DNA of 64,000 bases from Synergistetes bacterium ADurb.Bin155 (GTDB taxonomy: Bacteria > Synergistota > Synergistia > Synergistales > Thermovirgaceae): NCBI GenBank assembly GCA_002070395.1, contig MWDE01000005.1, forward strand, positions 22,800 through 86,799. Reading direction: 5' to 3'. Both the position numbers and the translations under genes were made by a program. The notes under the pieces are model-generated. The model was not told where the DNA came from, made no database searches, and worked only from the letters and a program-made list of their open reading frames with translations. Of this stretch, positions 1-8,873 are shown one piece after another. Positions within the stretch are counted from its first letter, which is position 1; each line of letters starts with the position of its first letter.

Positions 1-819
1 GGGCTGGTGAAGGGCTATCTCGAGGAGAACGCCGAAAAGGCCGCCTCCTTCGCCACGCTGGAGACGGCCTACATGGGGCTCGTCCAGGACGGTTTCCTGG
101 AGATCTACGACGGCGACATCCGCCTGAAAGGGCCCAGGGGCCGCATCATCGACGAGTTCCCCGACTGGGCCTACCTGGACTTTATTGGTGAGCACGTCGA
201 ACCCTGGAGCTACCTCAAGTTCCCCTTCTACAAGCCCTTGGGTTTCCCCCACGGCAGTTACCGCGTCGGGCCCCTGGGTAGGGTGAACGCCTGCGACGAC
301 ATCGCCACCCCCGAAGCGTCGGCCGAACTGGCCCTCTTCCGTGAAGGGGCCGAGGACGGACTGGTCCACAAGACGCTTTACTATCACTACGCAAGGCTCA
401 TCGAGACGCTCTACGGCGTCGAGAGGATCGAGGAACTGATGGAGGACCCCGACATCATGGGCAGCGACCTCCGGGTCACCTCGACGGAACTCTACCCCGA
501 GGGCATCGGCGTCATCGAGGCGCCCCGGGGGACCCTGATCCACCATTACCAGATCGATGAGAACGGCGTCCTGACCGGGGTTAACCTCATCGTCGCCACG
601 GGGCACAACAACCACGCCATGAACAGGGGCGTCGACATGGTCGCCCGGGAGAACATCCATGGGGGCGAACCCTCCGAGGGGATCCTGAACTCCATGGAAC
701 ACGTCATCCGCTGCTACGACCCCTGCCTCTCCTGCTCCACCCATGCCGTGGGGAGGATGCCCCTGCACCTGGAGATCTACGGTGCCGACGGCAGCCTGAA
801 GGGGGAGGTCAAGAACTGA
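1..819 (+). CDS. [NiFe]-hydrogenase large subunit, C-terminal ~272 aa (5' end outside window)
   Basis: The frame of track ORF 7..819 is open from base 1. It carries EAPRGTLIHHY and the C-terminal metal-ligand box DPCLSCSTH plus a short cleavable tail, and its maturation protease follows. A cytoplasmic group-3 type is inference only. Confidence 0.9.
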   Translation, partial: GLVKGYLEENAEKAASFATLETAYMGLVQDGFLEIYDGDIRLKGPRGRIIDEFPDWAYLDFIGEHVEPWSYLKFPFYKPLGFPHGSYRVGPLGRVNACDDIATPEASAELALFREGAEDGLVHKTLYYHYARLIETLYGVERIEELMEDPDIMGSDLRVTSTELYPEGIGVIEAPRGTLIHHYQIDENGVLTGVNLIVATGHNNHAMNRGVDMVARENIHGGEPSEGILNSMEHVIRCYDPCLSCSTHAVGRMPLHLEIYGADGSLKGEVKN

Positions 820-1280
820 CGACCGACGAGGGCCGCCCTTTCCGAGTCTTCGGGTACGGGAACCCCTTCCGGCAGGACGACGGCGTGGCCCACACCCTGG
901 CGCCGCTCCTGGTCGAGGACCTGGAAAGGGCGGGCAAAAGGGCCTTCCTTTGGCTTTCGCACCAGCTGCTGCCCGAGGCGGCCCTGGGGATAGGACCCGA
1001 CGACATACTCATCTTCGTGGACGCTTCGCTGGAAGAATACGACGGCGGGTTCGCCCTGGAGAGGATCGGCCCCGACGCCGCGTCGAACCGGGGCTTGAAC
1101 ATCCACTCCTTCGGGCCGGCCTGGTTCCTCGCCCTCCTGGGAGATCTCGGCACAGGGTACGGCGACGCCTGGGCCCTGTCGGTCACCGGTGCTTCCTTCG
1201 ACTTCGGCGAGGGACTCTCCGAGGAATGCTCGCTCAGGAGCGAAAGGGCAAGAAAAGCCTTCAGGAAAAGGTTCTGCTGA
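816..1280 (+). CDS. hydrogenase maturation endopeptidase (HycI/HoxW family); start codon uncertain
   Basis: Track ORF 885..1280 begins at GTG. The family N-terminal motif RVFGYGNPFRQDDGVA (GxGNxxxxDDGxG) is encoded in the same frame at 843-890, which starts upstream of that GTG. The frame is open from 585 with no ATG/GTG/TTG before 885. CTG at 816 overlaps the hydrogenase stop (CTGA). Confidence 0.75.
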   Translation: MTTDEGRPFRVFGYGNPFRQDDGVAHTLAPLLVEDLERAGKRAFLWLSHQLLPEAALGIGPDDILIFVDASLEEYDGGFALERIGPDAASNRGLNIHSFGPAWFLALLGDLGTGYGDAWALSVTGASFDFGEGLSEECSLRSERARKAFRKRFC

Positions 1281-1304
1281 AAATCATTTGACGTCACGAT
1301 AAAA

Positions 1305-1334
1305 ACGGCCGGGCTCCTTAAGGAGCCCGGCCGT
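1305..1334. terminator. bidirectional intrinsic terminator hairpin between convergent genes
   Basis: Perfect 13-bp stem ACGGCCGGGCTCC/GGAGCCCGGCCGT with loop TTAA. It is flanked by an A-run on the left and CCTTTC on the right. Confidence 0.6.
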
Positions 1335-1358
1335 CCTTTCACGCTTTCAGGGGTCAGG

Positions 1359-1868
1359 TCAGGGAAACTCCCGGGCCGAATCCTCGATGAAACGCTTGTC
1401 GGCCCTCGCCTCCCGGGCTTTATCGGCCTTGCCTTCAAGCCACCCCGTCCGGACCTCATCTTCGGGGGCGTCGAACTCCGGGACGAAGGGCTTGATGTCG
1501 AGCAACGGCGTTCCATCGAGCATATCGACGCCCTCGACGACGAGGGTGCCTCCCTCGATGGATACCAGCCTCACCACCGAGAGCCCGACGGCGTTGGGCC
1601 GCCTCGGCGCCCTCGTGGCGAAAAGACCGCGGGCCGTGTCGTCCAGGAAGGGCTTCACGGCGAGGTCGAAACCTTCCGAGAGGTGAAAGTGGAAAAGAAG
1701 GATGACATGGGAGAACCCCTCCAGGTCGCGGATGCCTTCGCGGAAGGCCTCGTCCACTTCGACCCTTCCCAGCACCCCCTCGGCCCCCGTTGGCTGGATG
1801 GGCGTCCCCTCCCTCGACGTGAAGGGCGTCCTGATCTTCCCTATGGCTTTGAAACGGACTGGCTCCAT
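1359..1868 (-). CDS. trmO: tRNA (N6-threonylcarbamoyladenosine37-N6)-methyltransferase TrmO / TsaA-like (YaeB family)
   Basis: MEPVRFKAIGKIRTPF...FSHVILLFHFH...RAPRRPNAVGLSVVRL...DGTPLLDIKP is typical of the family. The start was moved to ATG 1868 because the longer track ORF runs across the tRNA gene. Confidence 0.85.
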   Translation of the reverse strand: MEPVRFKAIGKIRTPFTSREGTPIQPTGAEGVLGRVEVDEAFREGIRDLEGFSHVILLFHFHLSEGFDLAVKPFLDDTARGLFATRAPRRPNAVGLSVVRLVSIEGGTLVVEGVDMLDGTPLLDIKPFVPEFDAPEDEVRTGWLEGKADKAREARADKRFIEDSAREFP

Positions 1869-1949
1869 GGTCTTCTCCCCGGTATCAGAAGGAATCGCGG
1901 ACAAGGGGTCCGGCGGCGGGTCTTCAAAGCAGAGTAAGGTTTTAAAAAA

Positions 1950-2035
1950 TGGTGCCGGAGGGGGGACTCGAACCCCCACAGGGTTGCCCCCGGCGGATTT
2001 TGAGTCCGCTGCGTCTGCCATTCCGCCACTCCGGC
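1950..2035 (-). tRNA. tRNA-Leu (anticodon CAA), CCA encoded
   Basis: 86-nt cloverleaf read by hand. Acceptor is GCCGGAG/CTCCGGC, anticodon stem GCGGA/TCCGC with loop CU-CAA-AA. It has a long variable arm, T-arm GGGGG-TTCGAGT-CCCCC and 3' ACCA. Confidence 0.9.
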
Positions 2036-2178
2036 AAGCGAAGATAGTAGTACCACAGGGTGGGTCTTCTGTCCAGACAAGAAATGATATCTCCGTAGGG
2101 GGTAGAAAGAGGGCGCCGGTCGGCTTTTTTGTTCTGAATGGCGGCCCTTTCTTCATGGAAATTGAAAAAGGAGGTTTT

Positions 2179-2910
2179 TCAAGGAATATCTTCTGGGCGA
2201 TCCAGCTCTTGCCCAGCTTCCTTGCGAATCCTCTCGAAGTACTTCCGGCAGATCATACCAGCTATATCGATGGACTTCCCAAAATGGGAAGTGATAGCTT
2301 CAACCAGCTTCCCGGTCTCTTTTCCTCTGATGGCATTTATCATCTCCACGTGCTCGTTATAAAAACCCTCCCGGTATTCCTCCGCCAGGGTGATCTCCCG
2401 GCGGCACTGCAAGTCCCTGTTCCACAAGATCCTCAAATGTTGGGATATTAACCTGTTAGGGAACAGGGAATAATAAAGAGAATGGAACAAGTGGTTCTGG
2501 TTCATGGCCTTGTTGTATTTCGTAGCTCTTGAAAGCAATAAGAATTTTTGGTTGACCTTGTGCATTTCCCGTAAAACCTTTTCAACCTTAGGGTTGCCGT
2601 AATCGATCCCCGCCACCATATTTTCCGCGACATGCCTTTCCAGCACGTACTGCATTTCCAGAGTTTCCTTGAACCTTTCGAAGGACGGGCTGGCGACGCG
2701 CCACCCCAGCCACTCCTGGTAAACCACTATTTCCTCAGCCTCCAGGGCTTTTAAAGCTTCCCTCACGGGGATCTTGCTCACCCCGAATTCTTTGGCGAGC
2801 TGGTCTATGTTGATGCGTTCACCGGGCTTTATCCTTTCGTCAACGATCATCTCTTTCAAGATGCTTTTTATCTTCATCGCTATTGTGCTGTGTCGGATCT
2901 TCAAGCTCAT
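2179..2910 (-). CDS. GntR-family transcriptional regulator (wHTH + FadR/FCD-like C-terminal domain)
   Basis: N-terminal IKPGERINIDQLAKEFGVSKIPVREALKALE is a GntR wHTH. The start was set at MSLKIRH (ATG 2910). Confidence 0.85.
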   Translation of the reverse strand: MSLKIRHSTIAMKIKSILKEMIVDERIKPGERINIDQLAKEFGVSKIPVREALKALEAEEIVVYQEWLGWRVASPSFERFKETLEMQYVLERHVAENMVAGIDYGNPKVEKVLREMHKVNQKFLLLSRATKYNKAMNQNHLFHSLYYSLFPNRLISQHLRILWNRDLQCRREITLAEEYREGFYNEHVEMINAIRGKETGKLVEAITSHFGKSIDIAGMICRKYFERIRKEAGQELDRPEDIP

Positions 2911-2981
2911 TCCAACCCACCTCGACAAGAAAGGCCCGAAGGACTGGGGCATTCCCCGGGGCATTGACTGGTCTTCAAAAA

Positions 2982-3010
2982 ATTATACCGGTAAAAGCAT
3001 AATCTGTTAA
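2982..3010 (-). promoter_or_regulatory. sigma70-like promoter for the GntR gene
   Basis: On the minus strand: TTAACA, 17-nt spacer, TATAAT. It lies ~70 nt upstream of ATG 2910. Confidence 0.5.
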
Positions 3011-3381
3011 TCCCTGTTCAACCTAAAACCCGGAGTCGGTAGAAGTATAGGTGAGGTGCAATAAACACCAAGACACCCTTTCGTGAATAACGCTGCGGGA
3101 GGTACAACCCGGCCCAAGCTGAAGAAAGGCAGGGCCGGCCCGGACAGGGGAACGTGCCCCGGCAGGTTCCGGCCCTTTCGCAACGATCGAATCGTTCCCC
3201 CTTATTCCCAAACAAGAGAAAAGAGGGGAAAGGTGACGGGGCCCTCCCCCTCGTGAAAATCTGTAACGGCTACATCCGGTCCAGGTCGGGCTCTCAAGGT
3301 CCTACCGTTGCTGGTTAAACCAAAGTGCCCGCGGTTCCCTTTCGCCGCAAAGATCAACGATGTCCCCACTCGGTTGCCGGG

Positions 3382-4671
3382 CTACATAAACGCAATTGTC
3401 GGCAGGTAGGTGATGATCGACGGGAAGGCAATCACCAAAATAATGAACGCCAGCATGAGCAGGAGAAAAGGGAAAGACCATTTCGCGATCTGAACGACCG
3501 AGTAGGGAGTTATCCCGCTGATCAGGAACAGGTTGAACCCCACCGGCGGGGTGATGTTCGCAATCTGGATCAGCAGGACGATGTAGATCCCGAACCAGAT
3601 AGGACTGAAGCCGAAGGCGCTTATTATCGGCATGAAGATCGGGACCGTCATGACGATCATGGAAAAGCCGTCGATCAGGCACCCCAGGAACAGGTAAACA
3701 AGGGTGATCAAGGTCATGACCACCAGAGGACTGACGTTGCTCCCGAGCACCAGGCGGCACAAATACTTCGGTATCCCCAGGAAACCCAGGGCCGTTGAAA
3801 AAAACGAGGCCCCTATCAGGATCATTATGATCATGCTACTTGTGCTTGTGGTGCTTTTCAGGATCTCAATCATTTCCCTGACTGATAACGACCTGAACAA
3901 CAGGCCTATGAGGATAGCCCCGCCTACCCCGATGGCGGCGGCTTCCGTCGGGGTTGACCACCCCATGTAAATGCTGCCCAGGACTGCACTTATAAGGGTG
4001 ACAGTGGGTGTGACCTGCAGGAGGCTCATCGCCCATTCCCTGCGGGAAAAGATCTCACCCTTTCTTTGCTTGAAGCCGGGGTCGCGAAGCCCCACGTAAA
4101 GGGAAAAAAGTGCCATGAGGAAGATCCCCGGGACGAGACCGGCGACGAACATCTGCCCGATGCTCACATTCGCCACGATCCCGTACACGAGCATCGGCAT
4201 GCTGGGGGGTATCAGGATCCCGAGGGTCCCCGCGCTGGCGAGGCTGCCGATGATCAATTTGGGGTCGTAACCACGCTTTTCCAGTTCGGGTATCGTTATT
4301 TTGCCGACCGCCGCCGTAGTGGCTGCCACGGAACCGCTTATCGCGGCGAAGAGGGCGCTCGCCAAGACGTTTATCTGAAGCAACCCTCCCGGGATCCTCG
4401 AAACCCAGGGCGTCAACCCTTTGAAGAGCTGGGTGGATATTTTTGTTTTGACCAATATGTCACCCATGAGGATGAACAACGGGAGAGCCAGAAGGATGCT
4501 GCTGTTCGTCACATTCCACATCATCGCGGAAAGGATCTTCTCGACGGGGAGGTCCAGGAAGAGGTACATCGAGGACAAACTGACGATGAACAGCGAAACC
4601 CCGATCCAGATGCCCGAGGCCAGGCAGACGGTCAAACTGATCAAGATGAATAACAACGCTTGAGCCTGCAT
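3382..4671 (-). CDS. dctM: TRAP transporter large permease subunit (DctM family)
   Basis: 429-aa polytopic membrane protein with a DctM-type sequence. It sits 2 nt downstream of the DctQ-like gene. Confidence 0.9.
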   Translation of the reverse strand: MQAQALLFILISLTVCLASGIWIGVSLFIVSLSSMYLFLDLPVEKILSAMMWNVTNSSILLALPLFILMGDILVKTKISTQLFKGLTPWVSRIPGGLLQINVLASALFAAISGSVAATTAAVGKITIPELEKRGYDPKLIIGSLASAGTLGILIPPSMPMLVYGIVANVSIGQMFVAGLVPGIFLMALFSLYVGLRDPGFKQRKGEIFSRREWAMSLLQVTPTVTLISAVLGSIYMGWSTPTEAAAIGVGGAILIGLLFRSLSVREMIEILKSTTSTSSMIIMILIGASFFSTALGFLGIPKYLCRLVLGSNVSPLVVMTLITLVYLFLGCLIDGFSMIVMTVPIFMPIISAFGFSPIWFGIYIVLLIQIANITPPVGFNLFLISGITPYSVVQIAKWSFPFLLLMLAFIILVIAFPSIITYLPTIAFM

Positions 4672-4673
4672 CC

Positions 4674-5138
4674 CTAATTCTCCTTTACCACGAGCTTGTA
4701 GGCAACAATGGTCATCAGGAAAAACGCGCCGAGGACCATGAAAAACTGGGGAATAGCTAAGGGGGTCTCGGAGACCTGGAGGGAAACCGCTTTATAGAGA
4801 TAGGATTCCCTGAAAAGCAGGAAAAGGACGTAGGTGAGATATAAAGAAAAAACGAAACCCGCGAAATACCTTATCTTGGTGATGACGAACCGGGCCCGTT
4901 CGTTTCGGATCTTGTCAATAAAATCAATACGGATGTGGGCGTCGCAATACTCACCAAAGGACAATCCCCAAAAAGAAATAACCGCCATCATGTACCCGGC
5001 GTATTCAGTCACCACGAAAAAGGTTTTCCCGAAGGCGCTCCGATACACTATTTCGGCTATCATCATCACTGCGGAAAGAAGGATCAAAATGCCGACGATC
5101 AGCCCGTTCAGATCGTAAAACCTGGATAACTTATTCAT
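4674..5138 (-). CDS. dctQ: TRAP transporter small permease subunit (DctQ family)
   Basis: Four-TM small protein immediately upstream of dctM. Start chosen at MNKLSRF (ATG 5138), which is preceded by GGAGG. Confidence 0.8.
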   Translation of the reverse strand: MNKLSRFYDLNGLIVGILILLSAVMMIAEIVYRSAFGKTFFVVTEYAGYMMAVISFWGLSFGEYCDAHIRIDFIDKIRNERARFVITKIRYFAGFVFSLYLTYVLFLLFRESYLYKAVSLQVSETPLAIPQFFMVLGAFFLMTIVAYKLVVKEN

Positions 5139-5314
5139 GACAAGCCCTCCGAGGACCAGCTTTTTCATACAAAAGGGCGGGAGTCGAGGGGTGTCGAAGA
5201 AGGACAAATGACTCCCGCCGTGAAACACACTCAATAAATCCTTTGCCTATCGGTCAGCCTTCCCCCGTGGATCCCTATCTTCAGGGAAAACCGTCCAAGG
5301 CACCCAAAGTTTAA

Positions 5315-6310
5315 CTAGTTATATTTATTCCAGAATTCCTCGTACAACGGCTTGGCTTTGGGGTTCTTATCTATCCATTCCCTGCTGACCTTCTCACCCA
5401 GTTTCTTCAGTTCCTCCTGGATCCCGAGGTCCACCTCCATCATCTTGCAGCCGTGTTCCTCGCAGATCTTCAAGTTGCCTTCTTCTTCCTGCCTCGCCTT
5501 CTGCCACAGGTAGTCCTCTACCTCTTCAGAGGCTTTCATTATCGCTTCCTGCTGACTTGGGGTCAGTTTCTCGAAAGCCTTGAGGTTAATATTTATCATG
5601 CTGGTCGTGATCTCCATCTTGATGGGGTAGTAGTACTTCAGAACTTCCCAAAGCTTCCCATCTCTGACGGTAGTGCCGGAAGTGATGATCGAATCGATGA
5701 CCCCCGTTGCCAGGGAGGTGTAGCATTCGCTGAAGGGCATGGCCAGAGGAGTTGCGCCGACGGCCGTCATGATAAGGGCGCCGTTCCTGTCAAAGGTCCT
5801 CGTTTTGAGGCCTTTCATGTCGGCGATGGAATTGATCTCCTTCTGGGTCCATAAACCCGCGAAGGGCCAGGGGGCGATGTAAAGGATCTTCTGACCCCAT
5901 TCCTTGGCCGCCTCGTCATAGTACTTCTTGGCCATCACGTCAAAATCCCTGGCGGAATCCCAGTCATCGATCATGAAGGGCAGCGACCGGATACCGAAAA
6001 TGGTTTCATCGCCGGCGACCCCGGTGGAAACGATCTCCGCGATATGAACGGAACCATCCCTGACGGCCCTCAGAAGATCGGGTCCCTGGAAGCCGAGGGA
6101 ACCCGCCAGCTCCACGTTAAGTACCACTTCACCCTTCGTGTATTCCTCGATCTTTTCAGCCAGGACCAGGAGACCCTGTGCCTGGTAATTGGTCTCCGGG
6201 TACACCGAATAGGCCGTCAATGTCACGGCAAACGCCGCACCAGCCAAAGAAAGCATAAAAACCGCTACAAGCGAAGCTGCAAAAATAAGACGCCTGGTCT
6301 TACCCATCAT
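5315..6310 (-). CDS. dctP: TRAP transporter substrate-binding protein (DctP family)
   Basis: Signal peptide (LIFAASLVAVFMLSLAGAAFA) plus a DctP-like body. Start chosen at ATG 6310, 6 nt after GGGGAGG. It overlaps the AOR stop by 11 nt. Confidence 0.88.
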   Translation of the reverse strand: MMGKTRRLIFAASLVAVFMLSLAGAAFAVTLTAYSVYPETNYQAQGLLVLAEKIEEYTKGEVVLNVELAGSLGFQGPDLLRAVRDGSVHIAEIVSTGVAGDETIFGIRSLPFMIDDWDSARDFDVMAKKYYDEAAKEWGQKILYIAPWPFAGLWTQKEINSIADMKGLKTRTFDRNGALIMTAVGATPLAMPFSECYTSLATGVIDSIITSGTTVRDGKLWEVLKYYYPIKMEITTSMININLKAFEKLTPSQQEAIMKASEEVEDYLWQKARQEEEGNLKICEEHGCKMMEVDLGIQEELKKLGEKVSREWIDKNPKAKPLYEEFWNKYN

Positions 6311-8192
6311 ATAAAACCTCCCCAAACAATTCTCTCTGTTTTCCTTTGCTCACAACCCCGTTCTCGTGCCATCCTCTTGCCTCATAATACTCGTCGAGAA
6401 TAACTTCATTCTCGACGATGCTGCCCTCTGCCGGCCCCTCGGGCATAGGTTCAACCCTGAACCTTTTCGGAAGTAGGTCTTCTTTTCTCCTGCAACCGTT
6501 TTCCAGGTTCATGATCCTTTCAAGGTTGATAAGCCGTTCGCTGGATCTCGCCAATTCCTTGTACCCGTCGCTGGAGTCAAAACCCGAGACAGCCCTGTAA
6601 AACCCATCGATCTCGTCACACCGGGCAAAGATCGAGTCCAGGCTCTTGGCGAAGACGAACATTCCGTACCGGCACAGCCCAAGCAGGTCCGCCACGTTCG
6701 TATAGTCCTCCATGAACTTCAACAGCCTTCCCTTGCCTCTTACACCGGTGAGCGTGGCCGCTTCCTCACTCCCAAAGAGGGATACCGCTTCCTGCTTGGT
6801 GAGAACCGTCTCAAAGGCACCCAAGGTCCGACAATTATCCGCCCCCCTGGAGGCGACGCCGAAACCCACCCCCCTCCCCTTGTACCCGCGCGGATCACAC
6901 CCTTCGAACTCCATCCCTTTTACCGTCAATAAGCAATCCCGCGTTTTCTCTCCCAGAGATCTCGACGCCCGCTCGCCCCCCTCGGCCAGGATATTACCCA
7001 CACCTTCTCTCGTAGCCACTTTACGGATCAGTTCAATTGATTCATCAACCTTGCCCCAACCCAACCCGACCCCGTCCAGGTCCTTGGCGGTGATGAAGTC
7101 CCTGTCGAGGCATTCCATGAGCCATGAGAGGACCGCTCCCATGGACATGAAATCAACGCCCTTGTTGTTGCTGAGTTTTGTCATTTTACATACGCTGGGA
7201 AGGTCGCTGTTCAGGATGCGGGCCCCGTAGTTTTGCATGGCGGCGAATTCCGGCCCGTGGACTTCATACTCGCCGTCAGTCTCGTTTTTGAACCTTGAAA
7301 TGCCCTTGCACTGGATATTACAGAAAATACATCCGTAGTGCCTTACTGTAAAAGTATCCCTTAAATATTTCCCCGAGATCTTTTCGTGCTGGTCCCAGAC
7401 TCCCGTTTGCAGGTTCTTTACTTCCAGGACGCCTATCTTGTTAAAACCCTCGATCGCCGTGGTGGCCCCGTATTGTTTGGCCCCTTCGTAACTCGGGTCA
7501 TTCTTGACCAGGGAATCCAGTCGCTTCATGAACCCCTTGTCCAGGCCCAGTTCATCAAACCTCGGGACCCCTCCCTGAACGACGATGGACTTGACCCCTT
7601 TATCGCCCATTACAGCCCCAAGCCCTGTCCTTCCCGCTGCGTGGGCGCCGGAATGGATCGAGGCGAACCTCACCCTGTTCTCCCCGCCGGGTCCTATGGT
7701 AAGGGTCGAGGACCGCTTTGAACTTCCGTAGCGCTGACGCAAAATCTCTTCGGTCTCACCCACGTCCCGGCCCCAAAGGTCCGCGGCATCCTCGAAAAGA
7801 CAGCCGTTCTTTTTTATAACCAAAAAGCAGGGGGAAGCGGATCTCCCGCGGATGACCACCTGGTCTATCTCGGCCCACTTGAGGAAAACGCCGAAATCTC
7901 CGCCGACATTTGAATCGCCCAGCAGACCGGTCAGGGGTGACTTTGAAGTGAGGGTCGTCCGGTTAGCAAAAAGGCAGGGCATACCGACCAATGCCCCCGG
8001 CGCGATCAGCAATTCGTTCTCATCGGAAAAAGCATCCGCCAGGTGCAGTTTCCTGGAGTAGGCGTAATGGGCGTTCAGCCCCCTGCCGCCAACGTATTTC
8101 CTGAACTCCTGGGGTTCGATGATCTCGAATCCGAAAGATCTCTTCTGAAGGTCAACGACAAGACGGCGCCCGCTATAGCAGGATCTGAACAT
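6300..8192 (-). CDS. aldehyde:ferredoxin oxidoreductase family protein (tungstopterin AOR family)
   Basis: 630 aa. N-terminus MF..CYSGRRLVVDL..R......E....KYVGGRGL and overall similarity match the AOR N- and C-terminal domains. Confidence 0.9.
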   Translation of the reverse strand: MFRSCYSGRRLVVDLQKRSFGFEIIEPQEFRKYVGGRGLNAHYAYSRKLHLADAFSDENELLIAPGALVGMPCLFANRTTLTSKSPLTGLLGDSNVGGDFGVFLKWAEIDQVVIRGRSASPCFLVIKKNGCLFEDAADLWGRDVGETEEILRQRYGSSKRSSTLTIGPGGENRVRFASIHSGAHAAGRTGLGAVMGDKGVKSIVVQGGVPRFDELGLDKGFMKRLDSLVKNDPSYEGAKQYGATTAIEGFNKIGVLEVKNLQTGVWDQHEKISGKYLRDTFTVRHYGCIFCNIQCKGISRFKNETDGEYEVHGPEFAAMQNYGARILNSDLPSVCKMTKLSNNKGVDFMSMGAVLSWLMECLDRDFITAKDLDGVGLGWGKVDESIELIRKVATREGVGNILAEGGERASRSLGEKTRDCLLTVKGMEFEGCDPRGYKGRGVGFGVASRGADNCRTLGAFETVLTKQEAVSLFGSEEAATLTGVRGKGRLLKFMEDYTNVADLLGLCRYGMFVFAKSLDSIFARCDEIDGFYRAVSGFDSSDGYKELARSSERLINLERIMNLENGCRRKEDLLPKRFRVEPMPEGPAEGSIVENEVILDEYYEARGWHENGVVSKGKQRELFGEVLYDG

Positions 8193-8219
8193 TCACACTC
8201 ACCCCAAAGTCTACAATAT

Positions 8220-8231
8220 ACGATATATCGT
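8220..8231. promoter_or_regulatory. perfect 12-bp palindrome ACGATATATCGT, candidate operator in the AOR-TRAP leader
   Basis: It lies between the predicted -10 (8245-8250) and the AOR start codon (8192), about +8 to +19 of the predicted transcript. Binding by a GntR-type regulator is inference. Confidence 0.4.
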
Positions 8232-8244
8232 TTTCTTTTGAAAA

Positions 8245-8272
8245 AGTATAGAATCTAGGATTTAATTGTCAA
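8245..8272 (-). promoter_or_regulatory. sigma70-like promoter of the AOR-TRAP operon
   Basis: On the minus strand: TTGACA, 16-nt spacer, TATACT. Confidence 0.6.
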
Positions 8273-8345
8273 CGCTCCGACTTGGCAAAAACCCTTTGAA
8301 AAATGGGGTGTACTCTCCATACCCCTTGGGGTAAAATACCTGCCG

Positions 8346-8777
8346 GTGGTGATAAGGATGGCTTTGGAAGAACTGGAGGGCTCCAGGGGGTGCTTCGTCT
8401 GCGACCGCAGCGGCGCGAACCCGAGATCCCTCGGCGTGGTTCTCTACTGGGACGGTGACTCCGGCCGGACGGTGATACCCTTCACCCCCGACGATACCTG
8501 GTGCGGTTACGAGGGCATCGTCCACGGGGGTATACTGGCTGCGCTCTGTGACGACGCCATGGCCTGGGCCGCCAGGCAGGCCCTTGGGGAATGGACCGTA
8601 ACGGCCGGCATGAGCATCCGCTTCCTGCGGCCCGTCAAGTCCGGCGCCGGGTACACGGCCTACGGAAGCGCCCTTTCGGTGGACGGCAGGAAGGTGAAAA
8701 CCGCCGCCCGAATCGTCGGTGAGGACGGTAAAATCTACGTCGACGCCAAGGCCACCTTCGTTGGGGTCAGACCTTGA
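8346..8777 (+). CDS. PaaI-family hotdog-fold thioesterase
   Basis: HGGILAALCDDAMAWAA core motif, ~140 aa. The last 5 codons and the stop lie inside repeat core copy A. Confidence 0.8.
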   Translation: MVIRMALEELEGSRGCFVCDRSGANPRSLGVVLYWDGDSGRTVIPFTPDDTWCGYEGIVHGGILAALCDDAMAWAARQALGEWTVTAGMSIRFLRPVKSGAGYTAYGSALSVDGRKVKTAARIVGEDGKIYVDAKATFVGVRP

Positions 8778-8795
8778 ATTTGAGCAATTGTATAC
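8761..8795 (+). repeat. 35-bp repeat core, copy A (TTGGGGTCAGACCTTGAATTTGAGCAATTGTATAC)
   Basis: One mismatch to the consensus shared by copies B, C and E. Confidence 0.95.
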
Positions 8796-8810
8796 GAAAA
8801 GGGCAAGATC

Positions 8811-8873
8811 CGTGAATCGTAAATCGTGAATCGGGAATCGGGAACCAAAAACCGTGAATCGTAAATCGTAAGA
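8811..8873 (+). repeat. in-phase heptamer array (9 units)
   Basis: CGTGAAT CGTAAAT CGTGAAT CGGGAAT CGGGAAC CAAAAAC CGTGAAT CGTAAAT CGTAAGA, all in a single 7-nt register. Confidence 0.9.

Noticed and set aside
1869-2156. N-terminal extension of the TrmO ORF (track 1359..2156).
   Set aside because: The extension runs straight through the tRNA-Leu gene. Homology starts at MEPVRF (ATG 1868).
3018-3381. Possible terminator or small RNA in the 470-bp gap between dctM and the GntR gene, with GC-rich imperfect hairpins around 3120-3180 and the palindrome AACGATCGAATCGTT.
   Set aside because: The stems are interrupted and not followed by a clear U-tract on the relevant strand, so I could not support a specific feature.
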